Part shown: in pieces, positions 8,673-18,234 of the stretch
How the letters are laid out: the number at the start of each line of letters is the position of its first letter
Numbering within the stretch: position 1 is the stretch's first letter
DNA from: Candidatus Latescibacterota bacterium
GTDB lineage: Bacteria; Latescibacterota; UBA2968; UBA8231
Direction of reading: 5' to 3'
DNA length: 64,000 nucleotides
Assembly (NCBI GenBank): GCA_965215195.1
Contig: CBDCDC010000002.1
Span: 4,512,001 to 4,576,000, forward strand
Position numbers and translations under genes: made by a program
The notes under the pieces: model-generated
Databases searched by the model: none
The model's input: the letters and a program-made list of their open reading frames with translations, nothing else
What the model was told of the DNA's origin: nothing

Positions 8673-10591
8673 CCATTACAGCTAGAAAGACCCGATTGTG
8701 CGTCGGTGCGTTACTAATCCTTGCTGGCGGCGCGGCCCGCGGCGAGGAATGGCCCTATTATGCGGCCGACGCTAAGAGCAGCAAATACGCGCCCCTGTCG
8801 CAGATTGACGGCCGCAACTTCGCCCAGCTACAGGAGGTTTGGCGCTACGCGGCCCCGGACAGCGCGATTGCCGCGGCCGAGGACATTTGGACTCGGGCGA
8901 ACAAGGGCACTCCACTGGTCGTCGATGGCGTACTGTACTATGGGTCGCCCTTCAACATCCTCTGCGCCGTCGATCCCATAAGCGGCGCGGAGCAGTGGAC
9001 CTTCGACCCCCGGGCCTATGAGGATCGGGGCGATTTCTGGGGTTTTGCGCGCGGCATTGCCTACTGGCAAAGCGGCGACAAGAAGCGCATCTTCTACGGC
9101 ACGGCCTCCGACCGCCTCTACTCGATCGACGTCCAGACCGGCCAGCCCGACCCGGAGTTCGGCGCGGGCGGCTTCGTCGATCTAGGCAAGGGGCTGCGCC
9201 GCCGCATCGACCGCAGCCGCTACTGCATCACCTCGCCGCCCATCGTCTGCCGCGACGTGGTGGTGGTGGGTTCCGGCATCACCGACTGGCACGACCGGCC
9301 TCCGGCCAAATACTCCACCCCCGGCGACGTGCGCGGCTTTGACGCCCACACCGGCGAGCAGGTGTGGGTCTTCCAGACCGTGCCGCAGGAAGGCGAATAC
9401 GGCAACGACACTTGGGAAAACGACGCTTGGCAGACCCATGGCCAAGCCAATGTGTGGTCCGCGATGAGCGCCGACGACGAGCTGGGCTACGTGTACCTGC
9501 CCGTCAGCAGCACCACCCACAACCACTACGGCGGCGAGCGCCCCGGTGCCAATCTCTTCAGCCAGACCTTGGTCTGCCTAAAGGCGGCGACTGGCGAGCG
9601 CGTCTGGCACTACCAGCTCATCCACCACGGCCTGTGGAACTACGACCCGCCGGCCCCGCCGATCTTGGCCGATATAAAGGTAGAAGGCAAAGCGATCAAA
9701 GCCCTAGCGCTGGTGAGCAAACAGGCCTTTTGCTATGTGTTTGACCGCACGACCGGCGAGCCGGTCTGGCCGATCAAAGAGCGCGAGGTGCCCCAGTCGA
9801 AAACTCCGGGCGAACAAAGCTGGCCGACCCAGCCCTTCCCTAGCAAGCCGGCGCCCTATGACCGCCAGGGCCTGCAGGAAGACGACCTGATCGACTTTAC
9901 GCCCGAGCTGCGGGAAAAGGCGCGGGCAATTCTCGAAAAATACGAGCATGGCCCGCTTTTTACCCCGCCCAGCGAACAGGGTACGCTGATATTGCCCGGG
10001 GGCTTGGGCGGCTCGGATTGGAGCGGCGCGGCCTTCGTGCCAAAAGAAAACGTGCTCTACGTGCCTTCGCGTACCAGGCCCGACATCGTGCGGCTGGAAA
10101 AGGTGGAGGGCCTGCGCGCCTTTTCGGATTACGCCTTCTTCGAAGACGACGCCGAATACATCGATGGCCTACCCCTGACCAAGCCCCCCTACGGCCGGAT
10201 CACCGCCATCGACTTGGACACCGGCGAGCACGTTTGGATGAGCCCGGTGGGCAAAGGCCCGGTCAAGCACGAGGCCCTGCGCGGCCTCGACCTGCCCGCG
10301 ATGGGCTGGTTCCACTACAACTACGTGCTCGCCACCGAGACAGTGCTGGTGGTGGTCTCGCACAAGCCCGGATGGTGGGGAGACCTCAGCGGCGACGCCT
10401 TTGTCGAGGAAGGCCCCTATCTACGCGCCTTCGACCTCGATACGGGCGCGGTGCTGGCTGAGATGGAATTCCCCGGCAACCCCAATGGCAGCCCCATCAG
10501 CTACATGGCCGACGGGCGTCAGTACATCGTCTTTCCCATCAACAACGACAACTGGGTGCCGCAGCTTCTGGCGCTGGCCCTGCCGGAGTGA
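8669..10591 (+). CDS. PQQ-dependent dehydrogenase (quinoprotein glucose dehydrogenase-like)
   Basis: EWPYY, TPLVVDGVLY, PGDVRGFD, ANVWSAMSADDELG, WHYQLIHHGLWNYD, PPYGRITAIDL; ATGA overlap with the upstream gene. Confidence 0.88.
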   Translation: MTITARKTRLCVGALLILAGGAARGEEWPYYAADAKSSKYAPLSQIDGRNFAQLQEVWRYAAPDSAIAAAEDIWTRANKGTPLVVDGVLYYGSPFNILCAVDPISGAEQWTFDPRAYEDRGDFWGFARGIAYWQSGDKKRIFYGTASDRLYSIDVQTGQPDPEFGAGGFVDLGKGLRRRIDRSRYCITSPPIVCRDVVVVGSGITDWHDRPPAKYSTPGDVRGFDAHTGEQVWVFQTVPQEGEYGNDTWENDAWQTHGQANVWSAMSADDELGYVYLPVSSTTHNHYGGERPGANLFSQTLVCLKAATGERVWHYQLIHHGLWNYDPPAPPILADIKVEGKAIKALALVSKQAFCYVFDRTTGEPVWPIKEREVPQSKTPGEQSWPTQPFPSKPAPYDRQGLQEDDLIDFTPELREKARAILEKYEHGPLFTPPSEQGTLILPGGLGGSDWSGAAFVPKENVLYVPSRTRPDIVRLEKVEGLRAFSDYAFFEDDAEYIDGLPLTKPPYGRITAIDLDTGEHVWMSPVGKGPVKHEALRGLDLPAMGWFHYNYVLATETVLVVVSHKPGWWGDLSGDAFVEEGPYLRAFDLDTGAVLAEMEFPGNPNGSPISYMADGRQYIVFPINNDNWVPQLLALALPE

Positions 10592-10651
10592 GGCCGAGGG
10601 GCGGATGGGCCAGATGTGGGGATGACCGCCTGAAGGACCGACTCGCGCTCC

Positions 10652-11044
10652 TTATTCGGCCCGGCCGCCAATGACGAGCAAAAAGGCGCTGTCCTCTAGG
10701 GCTTTGACACTATGAGGTAAATGAGCTGCACAGACAGCAGCCTCACCTGTCCGCAACCCCAACGGCTTAGATTCAGTGGCTACCGAGAACTCAAGATGTC
10801 CAGACAAAGCTGTGACCGTGATCGGACCTGGAGCGATATGTTCGTGAAGCACGGCTTGGTCCTTCAAGACCATCAAGACGACGGTTAAATCGCTTCCACG
10901 CACTAAGGACAGCGCGTTTCGTCCCGTCCTTTCAACCACATCCTCCCCCATAAGCTGATTGGCCATACTCAACAAGGGAAAGGATGCTGCGGTGGAATTA
11001 GTTATTTTAGTGGGCCAAAACGGGCGTTCATAGGCTTGTTTCAC
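10652..11044 (-). CDS. Cupin-domain protein
   Basis: LHEHIAPGPITVTALSGHLEF...PHSVKALEDSAFLL. Confidence 0.75.
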   Translation of the reverse strand: MKQAYERPFWPTKITNSTAASFPLLSMANQLMGEDVVERTGRNALSLVRGSDLTVVLMVLKDQAVLHEHIAPGPITVTALSGHLEFSVATESKPLGLRTGEAAVCAAHLPHSVKALEDSAFLLVIGGRAE

Positions 11045-11340
11045 GTTTTCGTCTCCTTGGAGTACGGTGTATAAGAGTATCCAGCACTACTACAAGCAGT
11101 TAGAAGTGTTCACGCCTTTAGGCGCGGTGACCCCGGCAGGCCGCTTTGCGGGGCTGTCGAGTTCCGTCGACGCCCTCGTCCCAGATTTTATCCGCTTGAG
11201 AGAACAAACTTCAGACGGCTTCTTAAAGCTGCGTAACATCAATTATAAGCACCATTTATACGCTGAGGTGTCAACTCTGACACTCGCTTACGTATCAGTT
11301 CCAAACCGCGTACCCGGCAGACCTCCGCGCTCGCGCCCGC

Positions 11341-12024
11341 TCAGCCCATAAGCCAATCGAGGGCAGCGGCCAGATTGAGCGAGGCGACCGCTTTCCCGCA
11401 AACCGGCTCGGTCGTGCGGCTGATTAGGAGTTGGGAAGCGTTCCACATCTGGCCGTGCAGCGCAGCCAACATGCGGAAGAGCCGCTGAATGAGCACTGGC
11501 TGGGCGGGCAGGCCCCAAGAGGGCAGGTCGCGCTGGGCCATGAGCGCGAGGTAGTTTTGCTGCCAGTCGGGGAAGCGGCTGGCGTCGAGGATACCGCCGT
11601 CGGGATAACCGCCCCTTTGCCAGAGGCTATCCCACTCTTCAGCGGGCCGTTCCAGTGCCAAAAAACCGGTGAGCTGGCACAGGGCGGCCCGCTGCATCAG
11701 GGCGGGAGCAACCGAGCCGAGCATCAGGAAGCGACCACAGCGCTTGCGGTCCGCGTCAATGGCTGCGCGCAAGCGCGGAAAGAGTTCGGGCATGGCTTGG
11801 ATTTCATCGAAGACGATCAACTCCTGCGTTCCCATCAGCTCTTCCCAAGCGACTTCGAGACGCAGCTGGTCTCGGGGATTTTCTAGGTCGAAATAATGGC
11901 CCTTGAATGCTTTAGCTAGGGTTGTCTTACCCGTCTGGTGCGCTCCGCTCAGGGCCACGGCCGGATAGTGCGAGAGTTGATCGTCGATTTGCCTTTTAAG
12001 CAATCTAGAAATCATACTCGGCAA
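11341..12024 (-). pseudogene. AAA_14/DUF4143-type ATPase with internal deletions
   Basis: Walker A GAHQTGKTT, Walker B FDEIQ, RGGYP, QRDLP; only 227 aa, with ESLAGR and most of the C-terminal domain missing. Confidence 0.65.
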
Positions 12025-12091
12025 AATAGAAATTCATCTCTATTTTGCAAAATCGCCACCGGGAAGTGAGACCGCTTGCAGAGTTGCTCTG

Positions 12092-13264
12092 CTACCTCAC
12101 CCTCTCGAGGGTGCGCACCGCGGCAATGGCCGCGGCAATCCACCTGAGATTGCGCCGAGAAATCATACCGTAATTGTAATACGAGAACCGGCGTGCGCCC
12201 GTTTTGTAAACCGCCGTGATGATATCTCGCATCTGTTCGGCGCGGTCTATGGGCTTGTGGCCGTTCAAACCGCAGATCAACATGGAGGGATCGGCCATGC
12301 CGGCTAGGGTCTCTTGCGCTCTTTGGCTGGCCTCCTCGGGCGAGCCGCTGTAGCACAGGACATTGACCCGATCGACGATCTGTTCAATGGATTTGCGGTC
12401 GATGCCGTTGTTGTAATAATTGCCCATGTACAAAAAGGAAATGGGCTTTTTTACGACTTCTTTCACCTGTGTGGCCAGCGACGTCACTGCATCCGCCCGC
12501 ATCTTTGCGTATTCGCATACCAGAGGCTCGTCGGCGACGAATTCTTCCACGCTGCGCTCCAGCGGTCCCTCCTCAAAGATGTCCAAGAGCCATTTTTTTA
12601 CCCGCTCCTTTAACTTCCCCACATCCAGACCCCGGCCCGCGGCCCGCTGCCGGCACCCAGTGCAAAAGCACAGCGACATCAACAGCGAGCCGACCTCGCC
12701 CAGCTCGACCCCCACCTTGGCGTGGTTGCGGAACATGCCAAAGCCCATGTAGTGCAGGGATTCGTACTCAATCATCTGCACATCGCAGTTGGTGGCCAAG
12801 TCCAGACTCAAGCCGCGGACGTACTCCCGCACCTCGGGATTGGCCGGGCACAGACAGCCCGGATAGCGATCCCCGAACACCCCGAGCAGGGCGCAGTCGG
12901 GATGCTGCCGCGCCATGTAGTGGTTGTGGAGGGGCACGGTCCACGAAATCAGTTCCAAATCGCGCGCTCGGCAGGCCTCGGCGATGATCCGCACTGGATC
13001 CTGGTCCCTCGCCATGGGATGCACGTGCGGCTTGAGCTTGGTGCCTTGGTACAGCTCGCTGTGGGGCTGGAAGTAGATGGCGTCCTCGTACCCGGAAAAG
13101 AGCTTTTTGCCGGGTACGTGGGTGCGCAGGGCATCGTAGGTGTGATAGACTGTCGATAGGCTGATCGCATCCAGCCCTACCTCTTCCTTGAGAAGGCCGA
13201 TGACGCGGTCCACCCCCTCGTCGATCACGTCCCAAGGATAGGTCCACATAGTCGTATGGATCAT
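12092..13264 (-). CDS. Hypothetical TIM-barrel/glycoside-hydrolase-like protein
   Basis: GGAGA RBS then MIHTTMWTYPWD; LCPANPEVREY, SLCFCTGC, YYNYG motifs. Confidence 0.65.
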   Translation of the reverse strand: MIHTTMWTYPWDVIDEGVDRVIGLLKEEVGLDAISLSTVYHTYDALRTHVPGKKLFSGYEDAIYFQPHSELYQGTKLKPHVHPMARDQDPVRIIAEACRARDLELISWTVPLHNHYMARQHPDCALLGVFGDRYPGCLCPANPEVREYVRGLSLDLATNCDVQMIEYESLHYMGFGMFRNHAKVGVELGEVGSLLMSLCFCTGCRQRAAGRGLDVGKLKERVKKWLLDIFEEGPLERSVEEFVADEPLVCEYAKMRADAVTSLATQVKEVVKKPISFLYMGNYYNNGIDRKSIEQIVDRVNVLCYSGSPEEASQRAQETLAGMADPSMLICGLNGHKPIDRAEQMRDIITAVYKTGARRFSYYNYGMISRRNLRWIAAAIAAVRTLERVR

Positions 13265-13294
13265 GGGTATATCTCCTTTTTCGCCGCATGGCTT

Positions 13295-13319
13295 GTAGGG
13301 GCGATGCGTGCATCGCCCC
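13295..13319 (+). repeat. GTAG-type REP element
   Basis: GTAG start and perfect palindrome GGGGCGATGC-GT-GCATCGCCCC in an intergenic gap. Confidence 0.7.
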
Positions 13320-13323
13320 GGGT

Positions 13324-14238
13324 TCATCCGGGCCGCTCGGCCTGCCACACCCGCCAATAGCCCCGCAGACGCCGGGTGAACTCCCGCGGCCGTTCCAAGT
13401 AGATGCGCTCTGCCAGCAGACGCGCCCGGGCCTGCCTCTGGGAGCGCACCACGTCGATCCGCCTTTCGAGGGCTCGCAGCGTGGCCGTGGCCCCGGCCCT
13501 CGGAAACTCGGCTAGAACCGTGGTGCGCAATACGGCCAAGTCGTGATCCTCGCCGAGCAACTCCCCTAGCTGGTCCAGTTCCTTGGCCAAGGCTTGCATA
13601 ATCGACGGCCAGACATTTTGCAGTATCTGGGTGTGGTACCACAGGTACTTCACCTGCTTGCGCCAGTCGTGGAAGGCCTCGTCGCCGGGCAGGTTGTAGG
13701 CTGCGGCAAAGTCGCGCCGGCCCTGCGCGTATATCCGCTGCAACCCCGCCCGGATCCCGCCCCAGCCCGGGCGCTGCACATTCCAATGTTCCAAGCGCTC
13801 GCGGGCCTGCGCGAGGTCGGCGATCACCTCCTCAACGGCCCGATTGCTGCTGGCCGCTTGGCTATAGGCCCGATCTCGCCGCTCCACCAGCCACACCCGC
13901 ACCCGGGCGAACCGGCTCTTGGGCACGTCTTTGCCCAAGTATGCCACCAAGCGGTCTAGGGTCTCGACTAGGACCGTGGCATCGCGCAGCCCCGAAAGCC
14001 GCTGGCCGGCGTCCCGATAGCACTGGTTTTCCAAGGCGTAAACCTCGTCTCCCAGTTCGCGGCGCACTAGGCGCACCAAGGCCCGCAGGCGCTTGGTGGC
14101 CTTGCGAGCCTCGTGGATGTGTTCGCCTCGTTTCCCGTCTGGGCGCTCGAGGTGCTCAAGGGCCTTGTCGATTTGTTCGGCCGCCATCCGCCGCACTCCT
14201 GCGGACGTGTTTTCGCCCCGTTTCAGACGATAGTTCAT
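13324..14238 (-). CDS. CHAD-domain protein
   Basis: HEARKATKRLRA, FHDWRKQVKYLWY, LGELLGEDHDLAVL. Confidence 0.9.
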   Translation of the reverse strand: MNYRLKRGENTSAGVRRMAAEQIDKALEHLERPDGKRGEHIHEARKATKRLRALVRLVRRELGDEVYALENQCYRDAGQRLSGLRDATVLVETLDRLVAYLGKDVPKSRFARVRVWLVERRDRAYSQAASSNRAVEEVIADLAQARERLEHWNVQRPGWGGIRAGLQRIYAQGRRDFAAAYNLPGDEAFHDWRKQVKYLWYHTQILQNVWPSIMQALAKELDQLGELLGEDHDLAVLRTTVLAEFPRAGATATLRALERRIDVVRSQRQARARLLAERIYLERPREFTRRLRGYWRVWQAERPG

Positions 14239-14305
14239 GGGACCAATTTATTCCTCTCTCGCCGGCTCAGCGCTGCAACGAACCGTTCAAAGCAGCGGAT
14301 TGCTA

Positions 14306-15037
14306 TCACAATTTCAGCCGCTTAAAAATGCGCTCGGGGATGCTCTTGACCGCGAGCATGATCCAGCGCCAAAAAAACGGCGTGTAGAGCACGTCCTTCT
14401 TTTGCCGATAGGCACGCACAATGTCGGCGGCCACTCGCTCTGGCGAAGCGACCCAAAAAAGCCCGTCTAACCCCTCGGTCATCGGCGTATCCACGAACCC
14501 GGGCTTGACGGTCAGGACGTGTACAGGCGTCGCGGCCAGCCGGTTGCGCAGCCCTTGCAAGAAAATCGAAAGCCCCCCCTTGGCCGCCCCATACGCGTAG
14601 TTGCCTCGGCGGCCCCGCTCGCCGGCCACGGACGAGAGGGCGATGATGCCGGCCGGCGTACCCCTTTCCTCCAGATAGTTCGCCAAATGCGCGAGGGCGA
14701 TGGCCGCGCCGGTGAGGTTGGCGTTGAGGATGTGGGCTATTTCGTCTGTATCGCGCTGGGCGGCGCGTGCGTCTCCTAAATAGCCGAAGGCGAGGACGAC
14801 CAAGTCAAAGGGGCCGCCGCGCTCGTGAACCTGTTGCGGCAAGTGCGCCAAGGCCGCCAAGTCCAAGGCGTCGAACTCGAACAGTTCGACTTGGCACGAG
14901 CGTTTGAGCCGCAAGTCCGCGGCAAAAGGCTCCAGCTCGCTGCACTCGCGGGCGGCCAGCGCAAAGTCATAGCCGTTGAGGCGCTCGACGATGGCTTGGG
15001 CAATCGCCGACTTCGCCCCCAATACCAGTGCCCTCAC
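14306..15037 (-). CDS. SDR oxidoreductase, DprE2-like
   Basis: LVLGAKSAIA, SSVAGERGR..NYAYGAAK, VKPGFVDTPMT; GTG start overlapping the upstream stop. Confidence 0.85.
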   Translation of the reverse strand: MRALVLGAKSAIAQAIVERLNGYDFALAARECSELEPFAADLRLKRSCQVELFEFDALDLAALAHLPQQVHERGGPFDLVVLAFGYLGDARAAQRDTDEIAHILNANLTGAAIALAHLANYLEERGTPAGIIALSSVAGERGRRGNYAYGAAKGGLSIFLQGLRNRLAATPVHVLTVKPGFVDTPMTEGLDGLFWVASPERVAADIVRAYRQKKDVLYTPFFWRWIMLAVKSIPERIFKRLKL

Positions 15038-16365
15038 GTGATCCCCAAGCGGTCGGACAGACAGGAGCGGAAGCAATGCTCGGGGTCGTATTTGCGCTTG
15101 ACCGCTTTGAATTGTTCCAGTTGCGGATACATGGCGGCAAAATCCTCCCTTTGCAAAATGGCGTCCTTGGCCAGATAGACGCGGCCTTTGGCCTCGACGA
15201 TAATTTTGTTCAGTGCGCGCAAAAAGGGGATCGTCCCACAGTCGCGCAAGGGGATGTCCAGCGCGAGGGTATAACCCGCTAGGGGAAAAGAAAGCAGGCC
15301 CTCGCTTGGCGGCCCAAACGTCTTGAGCACGGCCAAGGGCGAAGCCACGCCTTGGCCGGCAATGCGCCCGAGCAGGTCGGCGATCACCTCTGCGCCATCG
15401 GCATAGGGCACGGCAACCTGATACTGCAAAAAGCCCCGGCGACCGTACAGGCGATTCCAGCCGCAGACCGCGTCGAGCGGATAGAAATACGGGTCGTAGT
15501 GGACGAGCGCGTCGGTCGCCCGGCCCACTTGGCGATGATAATAGAGTGCGCTAAACGCCTTCAGCAACTTGGAGTTGAGTACGCTGCCGGGCAAGAAGAA
15601 CGGCACGGCCCAGCGGCCATGGCCGTGGATGGGAAAGGGCGGCTTGCCCTTGAGATCGCGTACGCTGGCGTGTTCTCCCAGCAGGACGTGGCCGCGGCCT
15701 AGCTGCCGGCCCGTTTGCAGGCCGTCGATCCACGCGACCGAATAGGTGTACTGATGCTGGGTCTCGGTGCAGACGCGGCACGTCTCGGCCCAACTCGCCG
15801 TCTTAATGGTGCGCTGCCGGATGTACGCGGACGCCACCTTTTTCAACCGCAGCGTTGCCGCATAGATAAATCCCGTCAAGCCCATGCCGCCGAGCGTGGC
15901 CCAAAACAGGTCGGGGCACTGGTTGCGCGAGCAGCGCACGATTGAGCCATCGGCCAACACCATGTCCAGCGATTCGACAAAGGCGGCAATGGAACCCTCG
16001 GCGTGGTGGTTTTTGCCGTGGACATCCGCGGCAATGCAGCCGCCGAGCGTGGGGAACTTGGTCCCCGGCGTAACCGGCGGGAAAAAGCCGCGCGGCAGGG
16101 CAAAGCGAATGATATCCGCCAAGGTAATGCCGGCTTGAGCGCGCAAAATCCCGCGCTGCGCATCGAAGTCGAGCAAATGCTTGAGGGGCAGGGTGGAGAC
16201 GACGCGCTCGTATAGGCAGGCGTCGCCGTAGGAGCGGCAATTGCCTTGGGGCAAAACCCGGGTCGCGCCGGCGCGACCGAGGTCGCTTAGGTAGCGTGCG
16301 CGCTGAACCGAGGCGGCCACGAGCGGATACCGCCCCCAGCCGCTAGTGGCGATTTTTTTGTCCAA
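15034..16365 (-). CDS. FAD-linked oxidoreductase, DprE1-like
   Basis: SGWGRYP, RSYGD, PVTPGTKFPTLGGCIAADVHGKNHH, GRVYLAKD. Confidence 0.88.
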   Translation of the reverse strand: MDKKIATSGWGRYPLVAASVQRARYLSDLGRAGATRVLPQGNCRSYGDACLYERVVSTLPLKHLLDFDAQRGILRAQAGITLADIIRFALPRGFFPPVTPGTKFPTLGGCIAADVHGKNHHAEGSIAAFVESLDMVLADGSIVRCSRNQCPDLFWATLGGMGLTGFIYAATLRLKKVASAYIRQRTIKTASWAETCRVCTETQHQYTYSVAWIDGLQTGRQLGRGHVLLGEHASVRDLKGKPPFPIHGHGRWAVPFFLPGSVLNSKLLKAFSALYYHRQVGRATDALVHYDPYFYPLDAVCGWNRLYGRRGFLQYQVAVPYADGAEVIADLLGRIAGQGVASPLAVLKTFGPPSEGLLSFPLAGYTLALDIPLRDCGTIPFLRALNKIIVEAKGRVYLAKDAILQREDFAAMYPQLEQFKAVKRKYDPEHCFRSCLSDRLGIT

Positions 16366-16404
16366 GAGCCGAAGCAGGCCGGACGATGCACGACGGCAGA
16401 GTAT

Positions 16405-16617
16405 AATCTAAGTACACGACACCTCCTGTGGGTACGTTCGTGCTCAATGGTAGGACGCCATTGAATGCGAATGCGTTGTTAATTTTATTGCTAAGTACAC
16501 GACAGTAGGGCCTTACCCTCGGATCGAGGGCATCTTGCCCTCGTCGAGGGCGGGACGCCCTCGATCCCGGACTCATCGCCCATCAATGACAAGGTATTGG
16601 TGTCGTGTAGTTAGATT
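16405..16617. mobile_element. Non-coding cluster of three IS-end-like repeats with an embedded REP-like palindrome (MITE or IS scar)
   Basis: AATCTAAGTACACGACACC (16405-16423), CTAAGTACACGACA (16491-16504) and inverted GGTGTCGTGTAGTTAGATT (16599-16617, 18/19 match to the first). Confidence 0.55.
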
Positions 16618-16781
16618 TTATTGAATTAAATACCACAATCCCGGCTGGACAATCCGCACTCTGGATGCGGAAACTCTCCCGACCTATGTCGACCTTTGGA
16701 AATCTCGACCGCTTTTGTTCTTATCAAGGAAAAGCCGCTCCGTAGGGAATCTCCCTACGCTTCACTTCACAGGAGGTCACC

Positions 16782-17909
16782 ATGCTCGCCCACCCCAACG
16801 CCGTGTATTTAGCGCGCTCGCTCATCGACCACGCCGACGCTCCCTTTGCGACCTACCGAGAGTTGGCCTATCGCACCCTCGCCGCTCTCCAAGTGCCGCT
16901 ACCTGCGGCCGGCACCATCGTGCTCAAGCCCAACGCCACCGTGCTCTATCCCCCGGAAAAGCGCGTCATCACCCACCCCGGGTTTGTCGCCGGCCTGCTC
17001 GACGCCCTGCGCGACCAAGGCGTACCCGCCGCGCGCATGGTGGTGGCCGATGGCCAGTCTGGGGAAAATCCCACAGCCGGGCACACTTGGGAACTATGCG
17101 GCTATCGCGCCATGAGTGAGGAGCGGGGCGTGCGGCTCGCAGAAATGAACACCGATGAGGATTCCCGCGTCGTCGAGGTCGCCAATGGCGCGGTGTACGA
17201 GCACTATCCCCTGTACCGGGAAGTGACCGATTGCGCCTTCTTTTTTAACGTCCCCCTCGCCAAGTGCCACAACTTGGGCTGCACGACCTTGTCGATTAAA
17301 AACCTGATGGGCGTCATAGCCAAACCCGAGCGGCACCTGTGCGCGATTCAAGCGGTGGACGAGCCATTCGACGAGGACCTGTGGCGGCTGACCGAGAGCG
17401 GCCTCAGCTTCTTTGAAGACCGCTTCTATCACAAGCTCTGCGATCTATTGGTCGCGCTGCGCGGCTTGGGAATGCCGCGGCTTTCAGTAGTAGATGGCCT
17501 TGTCGGCCGCGACGGCACGGCGTTCAACGAAGGAGCCAACTACCCCCTCGGCTGGGCCTTGGCCGGCGTCAACGAAGTACACGTAGACTCCGTAGCCACC
17601 TACCTAATGGGCCTCGATCCGCAGGCCACCCCCTATCTGCAATTCGCTCACGCCCGCGGCCTAGGGGCCATTGACCCCGAGGAAATCGAGGTCGTCGATC
17701 TCGCAAGCGGCACGGCCCTCAATAGCGCGGCCCTAGCCAAGCTGCGGCCGGCCGCGCCCCTAATGCCCATTGCCCGCCTCAGCCAAGGCGGCTACTACAA
17801 GCGCTTTCGCGCCGACGGATCGGCCGTGCCCTGGTGCTTGGACGATGTCAATGCCCAACGCCAGCAGGACGGTCTGGCACCCGTTCCCCATGAGCCAGCC
17901 CGCGCCTGA
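16782..17909 (+). CDS. DUF362-domain protein
   Basis: IVLKPN, THP, NVPLAKCH..TTLSIKNLMG, VVDG, VHVDSVATYLMG; GGAGG RBS. Confidence 0.85.
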   Translation: MLAHPNAVYLARSLIDHADAPFATYRELAYRTLAALQVPLPAAGTIVLKPNATVLYPPEKRVITHPGFVAGLLDALRDQGVPAARMVVADGQSGENPTAGHTWELCGYRAMSEERGVRLAEMNTDEDSRVVEVANGAVYEHYPLYREVTDCAFFFNVPLAKCHNLGCTTLSIKNLMGVIAKPERHLCAIQAVDEPFDEDLWRLTESGLSFFEDRFYHKLCDLLVALRGLGMPRLSVVDGLVGRDGTAFNEGANYPLGWALAGVNEVHVDSVATYLMGLDPQATPYLQFAHARGLGAIDPEEIEVVDLASGTALNSAALAKLRPAAPLMPIARLSQGGYYKRFRADGSAVPWCLDDVNAQRQQDGLAPVPHEPARA

Positions 17910-18234
17910 ACACACCCTCCGCGCCTGCCAGCGCGCCGTGGACCAGTGGATCGCCGAGGTCGGCGTGCGCTACTTCTCAGAGCTGACCAATACGGCCGTG
18001 CTCATGGAGGAAGTCGGCGAGCTGGCGCGGATCATGGCCCGCACCTTTGGCGAGCAGAGCTTTAAGGAGGGCGAGGAAGCCGATCTCGGCATGGAGATGG
18101 CCGACGTGCTCTTTGTCCTTATATGCCTCGCCAATCAGACCGGGATCGACTTGGAGGAATCCTTCCAGCGCGCCCTCGCCAAGAAGACCCGACGCGACCG
18201 CCAGCGGCACGCGGAAAATCCCAAACTCCAATGA
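17890..18234 (+). CDS. MazG-like nucleotide pyrophosphohydrolase
   Basis: YFSELTNTAVLMEEVGELAR, EMADVLFVLICLANQTGIDL. Confidence 0.88.
   Translation: MSQPAPEHTLRACQRAVDQWIAEVGVRYFSELTNTAVLMEEVGELARIMARTFGEQSFKEGEEADLGMEMADVLFVLICLANQTGIDLEESFQRALAKKTRRDRQRHAENPKLQ

Noticed and set aside
11067-11351. Short ORF and TTGACA..TATAAT-like boxes on the minus strand
   Set aside because: Box spacing is 21 nt and the ORF has no motif; unsupported
12021-12050. GCAAAATAGA..TCTATTTTGC inverted repeat
   Set aside because: Plausible operator or terminator at the start of the decayed ATPase gene; nothing further supports it
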